From the NCBI RefSeq assembly GCF_009914755.1, contig NC_060928.1: a stretch of 64,000 bases of DNA. One strand, written 5' to 3'. A program made the translations under genes and the position numbers. The stretch comes from the human T2T-CHM13v2.0 reference genome, Homo sapiens. This document shows, piece by piece, positions 54,178 through 64,000 of this stretch. Positions within the stretch are counted from its first letter, which is position 1, and each line of letters begins with the position of its first letter. Below the pieces are notes generated by a model. That model was not told the DNA's origin, did not search any database, and worked only from the letters and a program-made list of their open reading frames with translations.

Positions 54178-54322
54178 TAACCTAACAAATTTATTTCAGT
54201 GCTTACTCGATGATTTCGGATATTACAAAGCAAAGTGCTAGTGGTTCTTTTAACAATTTTAGCAATAATATCTTCATATTTTATTTCTGGACTAATTGGA
54301 TAGGTGAAGTTCTAGTCTCTAT

Positions 54323-54745
54323 TGTAGTGACCATGAAAATGAACTTCACAGACCACTAACTATAGGGAGTGTAATTAGCCAAGAGCCCAAGATACTGTGT
54401 TTAGAAATTTGTAGCTTCCATGCCTCTTCTGTGTTGTTTCCAGCCAACGACTATGTGCAGCAGGAGTACAGATGCAGACCAATTCCTGAGAGACACTAGA
54501 CTCCTCGAAGGCTAAGCTTAGCTTAAGAATTCTCCTAAGGCTTTCCCAAACCTTTAAGCAGTGTAGTGTACTTCCACTTAACCATTTCCTCTTCATTTGG
54601 TGTCAAAATTGCATCACAGTCTGATGGCTCTCAGCTTTCTCATCTCCCTCCCTGTTTTCTTTCAAATGGGCATTTTTCTCAAATAAAATCTTTGCAAGTG
54701 TAGCCCATTTTTGCATCAACTTCTTGAAAGACCATGACCAACACA
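54323..54745 (+). mobile_element. LTR16A-like ERVL LTR
   Basis: TG...CA termini (tgtagtgaccatgaaaatg ... gaccaacaca); internal cccagccaacgact and aataaa signal. Confidence 0.7.
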
Positions 54746-54759
54746 TCTAAAAGCTTTCC

Positions 54760-56285
54760 TAAATTCTCTTCAACATTTATATCATATTATACAAGGTCAG
54801 AATTCCAAATGGTAGAGCCTAGTCCTCCTGGGGTCAGAACATTGAAAGATATATCCTCTTGTCCACCAAAAAATTACCCAGAATAGGCAGAAGAGGCTTT
54901 AAAAGACCAGGTGGATATAATTTCCTGCCCAGTGGAGGTCAATTTATTTCAGTGCTTACTCAATGATTTATGAACTACATGATTGTATTGGCAGGAATGG
55001 AGATGACACATGAATAAGCACAGTAACAAGGATTTCCCCTCACCAGGATGACGTGGCCTTTGCCATTGCTGAGAACCCATTTTGCACGCAATGGTGAGCA
55101 ACCCCAGATTCCTGATAGGATACCACTTCCTGGGAGGGCCAACGGACTAACTAGTAGTAAATCGGTTATATTATATCCCCTATGTGACAGAGAAGGCAGT
55201 GTTTTGCCCTAACTAGAATAGACATGTATTCTGCATATGGATTTACCTTCTCTATTGGATGTGCTACTGAGAGCCACATCATAAATGGACTTATAAATGT
55301 CTTGTTTATGGCCACAACACAAATGGCTTTTAGGGGAAGGAGTAAGGGGGTTTGTTGATGTTCAGGAATTTTTTGCTTTTACACATCACCTATCATCCAG
55401 AAACATGTGATGTTACAGAAGGAAACAAATGAAGACTCAGAGCTCCAGCTGCCTCACACTAGCTTCTAAGTTTAAGGTGTAGTCCTATAAGATATAATAT
55501 GTACTCTGAACTCGAAATCAGTGTATTGTGCTGTTTCCCATAGCCAGGATACTTGAATTCCAGAACCAAAAGGTAGAACAGAGAGTGGCACTGCTTGATA
55601 TTATACCTAATATTTGGTTTGCAGAAATTCTCAGCAGCACAACTCTGGAATGTGCTGAGTTCTTAGTACCAAACGGAGAAATGATTTTACAAAGGGACAC
55701 AACTTTGCTTCTGTTGAGTTGGATACTGAGTCTGCCACCTGATATCTTGAGCTCCTCAAAGAAGTTGTGGTATTAGATAAGATGATTGATCTGAACCATC
55801 AAGAGAAAAGGGGAATTATTGATGAAACCCAAGCGGTTCCTGGAGTGCCTTATAGAACTTCTATATCTAATGGTTAAAATTATTAGAAGACCACAATGAT
55901 CTCATATGATTTGGAACACCAATTGCTTGTATCCATTTGGAATGAATGTTCAAGTTATTCCATCAGATAAAGAACCTCGACCAGCTCAAAAAAATAAAAG
56001 AAAACATATAGTGGAGAAGGAAGATTGCTGCATACTTAAGATGCATGACAAGTTGTAGAAAAAAACTTGCACCACCTATCCAGAATATTGAGCTGAGATC
56101 ATACCAGAACTTGAGAAAGAATGGACATTACTGAGCAATCTTGCATGCGGATATAACTGCAGTAACAAATGAGATTTTTTAGTTGACCCCTTTTGAGAAT
56201 GGAGTGGTCATGGTTTTGGTTTGGTAAAGAATATTTAAATAAGGGAATTACGGTGTATGTTGATGTTGGGCAGCCAGAGGGGTAG
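54760..56285 (+). mobile_element. Decayed ERVL-type integrase region ending in a polypurine tract
   Basis: gccattgctgagaacccattttgc and cagtgttttgccctaactagaatagacatgtattctgcatatggatttaccttc resemble ERVL IN (AECPIC; FVLTGIDTYSGYGFAF); ends agccagaggggtaga just before an LTR. Confidence 0.75.
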
Positions 56286-56287
56286 AT

Positions 56288-56832
56288 CATAGTGGGAATT
56301 TGGCATTCTTTTTGGTTACACAGCATCTGTACCTTCTGCCTATGTTTGGGAAATCTTGCACCCTATGAAGAGTCCACTTTCATTTACAGAAGCTCAATAT
56401 GCCAAAAAGTTACTTTCCCAGACTTTGTTGCAATGAGGTCATGGATACATTGCCAGTTTCAGCCAATTAGGCACGTTTGCCCCAGCATCTGAACCAGAAA
56501 GGAGTCATGCAAAGACATAATGGTTATGCAGAACTGGCAAGGCTCAGAGCAGTGGTAGCCCCCACATCCAGTTTTCAGAGGCAGCACTGTATAGAGCTAA
56601 GGGCCAGGAGTAATGGAGTTGAAAGTCCAAGGTGAAGTATGAGTTCCCAGCACACCAGAGTGTTCCCAGGACCAGCTATGAGGCATGATGTTGGACATCA
56701 CTGTAGGCTTCAAGTTTGTTCTCCAGCTGTGACTATTCTGTGAAAGATCCACTATGATTCCAGTGAAATTATATCTGCTTATATTAGCCAGAGTTGGTTT
56801 CTGCTCTTTGCAAATAAGACCCTGATTAATAC
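56288..56832 (+). mobile_element. ERVL-class LTR (LTR41/LTR33-like), probable 3' LTR
   Basis: Follows the PPT; agtgggaatttggcattctttttggttacacagcatctg...agccagagttggtttctgctctttgcaaataagaccctgattaatac. Confidence 0.6.
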
Positions 56833-59599
56833 TGTGCCTGTTCTGAATGGGTGATTTGACAGACTTTTGGGGGAGAAGTGCTCTTACTACCTGCATTGAA
56901 TGCATTTCTCTGGAAGACATCCGAAGCCAGTACCAATCTGCCATGTACAGTTTGAGTACTTTGTTTTAGGTCTGAGCAGGAATAGCCCTGACTCTGCTTT
57001 GGCAAGCTACTTGCCATGCAGCATGTATCCAGTTCTGCTGTATTGTTTCAGTTTTCCCGGATAATAAATGACACAGCTGGGATTTATTCAGGTGTTCTGA
57101 CTCCAAAGTCCTTGCTCCTGATCACCATGCGCTACCGACTTTGAGCAGTGATGTCTCACAGATGGGAATGATTCCTCTGAAGGTGAGTGGTCTCTTCGCG
57201 ACTCTTCCAGATCACATCATTAATACGGTCTCTATATCGTCTGATTGGCTACCACCTACTGACAATTGCAATCAATTTGATTAGCAAGCTGTATGCATTA
57301 TTGACATTTCTAATATCATCTGCCCAAACCGCCCTGCACCTTTCACATCATTAATGTGCTGCTCAAATCTTTGTACTTGCCCTTCATCATTGTATCTTTC
57401 ACTAACTTACTTCCTCCCTCCAGAAAGAACAGCATGGTCTCAGCACCCTGTTCAGCCTGGTTCCCACCCCTGGAGTCATTGCTGCTCCCCTTCCTGCCTT
57501 CCAAAACTCCTGAAGTGCTTCTCTCATTGCTCAAGTTGGCTCTTTGCCAATCCCAACAAGTGGAATAACATAGTATTTTATAGTTCAGCTAGAAACTGCT
57601 TTTGAAATGGTGGGAGGTTTTGTGAAAAGAACAGACCCTTACACATGCAGAAGCATATCTGACTAGGTTGTTTTAACTGAGTAAGAGCTTACCACAAACA
57701 AAATGGACTTACTTTATCCACTTAATTTTGCACAGTATTCATAGCAGGAGGCATAGTTTTGTTTAAGCAGAATCTTGCTCGGCTGATGATTATTACTGGT
57801 TTGTGATCAGAAGACAAAACAATGGGTGTATCACTTGAAATACATAATAAGCCTCGAAAATTCTCCAAATCACTTCTCCTTTTTTTACAACATGCAGAAT
57901 GAGAGATGAGACAGAGAGAGCAGTATCGTTGAAGATTAAACTACCATTGTCAGCTTCTTAATAGATACAGCTCATCACACAAATCATTAAACACATAGAT
58001 TCCAGAAGAGCACATCTGTGTACTGCTTCAGCAACACACTGAAGGGAGAATAAAATATTTTCAAGGAAATTGACACCCCAAATGTTTATTTCAGTATTTC
58101 CATTTTTCTCTTCATTACTTTCTGTTTCAGAGAGAATAAGTTGAAAATTGTGATAGAAAATTGCAGATGTTTTCCAATAGCTTATTCTAAAATATTGATA
58201 GAATTTATAATGAAAATATTTTCCCTATTAGTGCCACCAAAACTAGCTAAGCAGATGATTATTTAATAAGTAAAAAGCCACACATATAGTCGGTTCACAG
58301 AAGCTACAGGTGCCAAAAAGGGTACAGGAGGGCTTGAGAAGGGGAAAGGAAGAAGTTTTTAAATGAAACTGAGAGCTGTAAAAATCAACCATTATAGGCG
58401 AGACCAAGCATCTATAAAAATAGCCCATTGTATGAAACAGCTTTTAAAAGCATTGCCCCTGAGACTGAGGACTTGTGGCTATAAAGACCTAGATGTATTT
58501 TTAGAAAATTGTGGCTATAATAGATTCCACTGCAATATAAGTTGCCTAGAAGAGATAATGTCATGATTGCTAAAAACAGCAGAAGGCAGAAGGTGAGAAA
58601 GACCAAGTGCCCTCCAGCAGTGTCCAGAGACACTAGGGCTGACTCCAAAGGTCAATTCTAGTCATGTAGCCAGAGATATCACTAGAGTAATGTGATCCTA
58701 TAGGTGGCCAAAGCACGGTAGACATGTCTTTTAAGGATATCTGACTCCTTTCTAATTCTGTGCTTGCCAGTAGACTTTCTGACTGACAATTTGCTTTATG
58801 CATTGAAAAAGGAAGTTCTGTCTTGAGTTAAGGGATTAGGATTTGTTGCCTTGTCAAATACAGATTTGAACATAAACTGGCAATCTAGTGTGTAAACACT
58901 AGTCTTTAGAATGTTGACCATTGTAAATCGGTTTCTACTTCCTAATTACTTCTTGGTGAACTAGTAAATATTTGTTGTTGCATCAGCAAAGCTGTAAGCT
59001 AGACACTGAGCTAGTGTTCCTACCCAATACTGGGATAAAGACCTGAATTATGAAATTCCCATCTGAAAATCCCATAAAACTCTACAGAACAGCCTACTTC
59101 AGTATCTGTTGTAATGAGTATTCAGTCAATTAATTTGTTTATTTTTCCAGCTTGGAAAGACATGTGTTATTTAAATGAAGTTGAAATTTTGTGACTTGAA
59201 TCTGCAAAATTCACAAAATGACAAACTAGTATAAACATGTGAAGACTCTGATCCTCATGTAAATATGTATTGTAAATTTAGGAATATAATTATCACTGAA
59301 GAAATAAAAGTTTTACAAGTCCCATGCTTTTTCTTCATAAACCTTTTACAATAAGAAGGGATACATAATTATGAATTTTAATTCAGACCTCAATCTTCCA
59401 AGTACTGATTTTTACACACTGCTAGTCACATTAGCAAACTGATCTTTAGAACAAGATTTTGATCAATTTTATTTTTTGATTTTCAGATGGGAATCTCATA
59501 ATTCAGTTCTTTATCCCAAGTAAAATTGTAAGGCATAAGCAAATTATTCCAATATTCCTTTATTTTTATCTAACAATCTTAGTTACACTATTATGTGCC

Positions 59600-61030
59600 A
59601 CTTCTGCCTGTTTAAATATAGTGCTAAACAAAACACTCAGATTAATGGGTTTTTTGAACATTAAACTCTATTGAGGGGAATGGGAGATGGACAATAAGTA
59701 AACAAGATGATTTCAAGACTATGACAATAAGTAAACAAGATGATTTCAAGGCTATGCATCAAATAAAACAAGGTAACACAATTAGAGTGATGTGTGTGTG
59801 TATGCATGCATGTGCACACTCATATGTGTGTTTGGGGATGTCTCTTTAGATTGAATAGAGAATGCCACCATGTGAAGTGATATTTGAGCTGGAACCTGAG
59901 TGAATGATGGAATGGAGAAGTCAGGTACAGAGCTGTGGGGATAGCATCACAGGTAGGTGGGATAGGACAGGCAAACCTCCGGAGGTGGGAGCAGAATTGG
60001 TGCATTGGCTGTGGTACCTTTCCATGATTTCCTCATTCCAGTGTTCATATCTTTAGAAGATCTCAACCCATTGATTGTAGGTGATATCTGTGATTTACTC
60101 TAGCCAATCTATATAACATGACAAAAATGATGGATGTCACTCCTGTAATTATTTTATGTGATGATCCATCTTGCTATCAGACTTACTGTAGTCTCTCTAT
60201 CCCTCTGCTGTCGGCTTTAAAAAAGTAAGCTTCCATGACTCCTACAGCCACAAGAAACTGAGTGCTTCCAAAACCACGCCAGTGGGAAACAACACTTCCC
60301 TAGTTGAACCTTCACATGAGAACCCAGTCCTGGCCAACCCCTTGTTTGCAGCCCTATGAGACACTATGCAGAGCACCCAGCTAAGCTAAATATCATACAG
60401 AAATGATGAGATAATAGATATGTGGCTGTAAGTTGTTAAGTTTCTACTCATTTGCTACAGAGCACAGAAAACAAACAAATGGCCCGGGAGCCAAGAATAC
60501 ACATTTGGTTTGTAGGTAGTGATCCAGTGGGAGAGAAGGTGACGTAGAGGGGTAACTACATAGAACCTTAGGCCATAGTAAGGAAACTGGATTTTATTTT
60601 AAGTGTGTTAGAAAGTCATTGGAGCTATGTAAGCAGTAGAGATTGGCTTGGATTAAGGTAGTAGGAATGGAGTGTGGTGACAAAGAAGAAGAGTCAGGAA
60701 AAAGTTTGAATGCAGAGTTCACCAAATCCTAGCTATGTGGATTCAGCAACCGGAACTACAGTGATGCCTTTACTGAAATGGAGAACTCAAGAGAGGTAAA
60801 GCTAGGTGACTCAGGTGAAACAAACAGAGAAAGGACAAAATCAGGTGGTATTTTGACATGTCCAATTTCAGATGTCAATTACATATTCGGGGGGAAATGT
60901 CAAGGAAGCCATTGAATAAACAGATCTGGAACTCAGTATCAGTTATACATATTTGGAAGTAGTTGGAATACTGGCTGTAGTTAAAAATAGGAATGGGATG
61001 AAAATCATCGAGGGAGGAAGTGTTAATGTG
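59600..61030. mobile_element. L2 remnant split by an MLT1-type LTR at about 60008-60478
   Basis: L2 purine-rich body on both sides; MLT1 motifs ccctagttgaaccttcacatgagaacccagtcctggcc and gttaagtttctactcatttgctacag. Confidence 0.65.
59690..59756. repeat. Tandem duplication, 33-bp period
   Basis: gacaataagtaaacaagatgatttcaag(a/g)ctat occurs twice. Confidence 0.9.
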
Positions 61031-61482
61031 CTATATAATTAAAACAATGAAATCAACATAGAAACTTTCTTCTAACAATGAAAACAGAGAATTTTGCTTT
61101 GCCAATGTTTAAACCAGTAGGCTATTATCACTATGTTCAATAGCATATGTAAAATATAAAATAAATATTTAATAGCAGGGGTGATGTAGATGTAGTAAAA
61201 CCAAGTTCCACAGCAGCCCTCTTTTTGGCCAGCTCCTACATGGGACATACATTCCCACAGCCCCCTCACCACTGCCTCTTCATTCTACTTGAGCCATTGA
61301 TCTAGCCCCAAGGAACCTACTCTATTGGCTGACCTTCACCCTTTACTGGTTTTAAGTAATCTTTTACCTTCCAGGTTTTCAGACATTAGTAATACCTGTT
61401 CAAATACACTTTTAATTTAGTAGTTAGAAATTATTACTTCCAAAATAAAATTAGCTGATGGAATACACTTAAACTTTATCCT

Positions 61483-61845
61483 TTGTTTCAGTCTAATCAG
61501 GCTGCTATAACAAAATACCACAAAATGGTGGCTTATAAATAACAAAAAATTATTTCTCATAGTTCTGGAGGCTGAAAAGCCCAGGATCAAAGTGCGGCAG
61601 ATTTGTTATCTGCTGAAGGTCCACTTTTCTATTTCATAGATGACACCTTCTTGCCACATCCTCATGTGGTAGAAGGGACAAAGGTCTCTCTGAGGCCTCT
61701 TTTATAAGGGCACTAATCCCATTCATGAGGGTGCTGCCCTTGTGATCTAATCACCTCCCAAATTTCACACTTTCTAATCTAATCATTTTGGGAGTTACTA
61801 TTTCAACGTGAATTTTGAAGGAACAGAAACATTTAGAGCACAGCA
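61483..61845 (-). mobile_element. MLT1A-like MaLR LTR
   Basis: caggctgctataacaaaataccac...tttataagggcactaatcccattcatgaggg...acatttagagcacagca. Confidence 0.85.
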
Positions 61846-63678
61846 CCCTCTCTTATACTTTAGATGTAGTAATGCTAACACATGACAATCAGTTTGGCAT
61901 TATGGACTATAGTTGAAGAGGCAAATAAGTTGATAATAATAAATTAAGATTCTACAAAGGCAGGATTGACTTAGTTAAAGGATACAAACCGATAACCCTC
62001 ACTGAGTTTTTACTGCAGGATTTCTCACTTCTCAATAGTAAATCTTATCTTTCTTTCATGAGGATGAAAAACCTAGAGCTTATGAGTGCCTCAGGCAAGT
62101 GAGTTTGAAGGTCTTCTTTGGATTGAATGAAAGATAATAATCAAAATCTAGGTCAAGATATTATTTATTCTATAGAGAATTGTTTAAGCTAATGTTTTAA
62201 ATTTAAGTCATAACACATTTTAATATATGATTCATACAATGCCGATCAAATATTCTTAATGACTGCACACGTTATAATCTTATTCTGACTATTTAACTTT
62301 GAGAAACGTCCTAACATCAAGTAGTATAGCCATTAAATTATCATGACAAAGATATCAAACTTCCTTCATTGTATCTATTTCTCAAGACATATGTATGAGC
62401 TATGTGTCTGAAAGCTTTAGAAACTTCAGTATACCTTTTCAGAAAGAAAATGAAAACAAAGGGTTTATGGTAGATACACTGAAACAGAATGCAAAAAAAG
62501 GTGAAGAAAAAGGATCTAGTTTGAGACATAACAAGGAAAGCTTCCCCTCAGAGAACCAGAATTAAGTCACTGATAGTTGTTATTAGCAATAGCACAGGTT
62601 ATTAAAATTTTTAATAATTATTTAAAAATATAAGAAGTGAAAAAATGATAAACAGCAAAACGTTATAAAATGGTGAATAATTGATAGGGAATAAAGATAA
62701 TTATCCATCATGAATACTTTTCCTAGGAGAAAATAAACTATATTGTATATGATTTACGTTTCAACAAAATGACTCCAGTTTGTGTTAGATAACTAGTAAA
62801 TATTTGGTATTTAAGAGTATGTAAATATACTACATTAAGGGTTTACTTTAAAAGTTTCTTTGTCTTATCATTTCATTCATACAGTTGGTTATGAGCACTG
62901 GTTATATATAAAGAAACACGCATCCTACCATCTGTGAATTTAGGATAAAGTCAAAGTGAGTCCCAGCTCTCTGCTGAAAATAATGAAAACAGAACAAAAT
63001 TGTATTCTCTTCTTACAGACTTCACATAGCAATAGGACTATTTGGAAAAATATTATAATAAGGTGTTAGGTAGAAATAGCATATTTGAGTGATCTTACAA
63101 TAAGTTAGAGTTATATCAGAACAAATGTTTGAGTTATGTTACAATAAGAGTTAGCACTGCATACCCTAAAGTCTAGAGACGGGGTTGGATATGATAGCCA
63201 GGTCTCTGAACTGTGGGGATTAGGAGTTATTCACTATGAAATTATACTTCCCGTAATGAGGATGGAAGAAAAGTCCACTTCTGATTATCACTTAAAAACT
63301 AAGGGGAGTGAAGCATGAGAAGAGCAATTGACTGGAGTTCTATAAGGAAAGGTGGATCATGTGAGGGAGCATGGGATTATTGAGAGCAAGTCAGATTTCT
63401 GGCTCCGTTTTATGACCAAAAACTGCATTTACCTTCCAACCAGCTTCCTTATAAAATGATGACTAATGGCCACAAGGAGGCTAGACAGGTGTCAGAAATC
63501 TTATTTGCCAATGAATTTCTATAATTGTCAGTGGCTCAATAGTACCAGGGAAATTTTCTAGGCAAATGGAGAACATCTAGTCCAAATTATCAAGACTACT
63601 AATGATTAGTCTTGATTTAGACTAATAATGATTAGTCTTGATTTCCCATGTAGAGGAAATCAAGGTCCAAAAAGATGA

Positions 63679-64000
63679 TGATAGGGTTTGGCTGTATCCC
63701 CACTCAAACCTCATCTTGAATTGTACTCCCATAATTCCCATGTGTTGTTGGAGGGACCCAGTGGGAAATAATTTGAATCATGGGGGGCAGTTTCCCCCAT
63801 ACTGTTCTTATGGTAGTGAATAAGTCTCATGAGACCTGATGGTTTGATCAAGGGTTTCTGCTTTTGCATCTTCCTCATTTTCTCTTGCTGCTGCCATGTG
63901 AGAAGTGCCTTTCACCTCCCGCCATGATTCTGAGGCCTCCCCAGCCATGTTCAACTATAAGTCCAATTAAAGCTCTTTTTCTTCCCAGTCTCAGGTATGT
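63679..64000 (+). mobile_element. THE1 (THE1A/B-like) LTR, truncated by window edge
   Basis: tgatagggtttggctgtatccccactcaaacctcatcttgaattgta...gccatgattctgaggcctccccagccatg...cccagtctcaggtatgt. Confidence 0.92.

Noticed and set aside
55528-55776. 82-aa plus-strand ORF
   Set aside because: Lies within decayed ERVL internal sequence with surrounding stops and frameshifts; no evidence of domestication.

Overview
This is primate (apparently human) genomic DNA, not microbial: AT-rich, CpG-depleted and full of Alu, L1, L2, MIR, LTR and DNA-transposon remnants. It holds the 5' part of TTC29 (tetratricopeptide repeat domain 29, an axonemal/sperm-flagellum protein) on the minus strand. A CpG-island promoter with an RFX X-box lies near 43.3-43.6 kb. 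It is followed by two non-coding exons, an optional cassette exon (40191-40291) encoding a 26-aa N-terminal extension, and four coding exons (37411-37502, 35201-35284, 6635-6858, 1153-1338) that splice in frame; the gene continues beyond position 1. The upstream 20 kb is mostly repeats, including a decayed ERVL-type provirus. Almost all ORFs in the supplied track are repeat-derived or spurious. I cannot support any wholly new biological system. The best leads are a splice-junction-created AUG that makes the cassette exon dual-frame (33-codon uORF versus N-terminal extension), a 41-bp near-perfect TA-flanked inverted repeat at about 59 kb that I cannot assign to a known family, and a strong plus-strand donor/acceptor pair bracketing the promoter. 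Gene identity and repeat family names come from recall, not database searches, and repeat boundaries are approximate unless TSDs are quoted.
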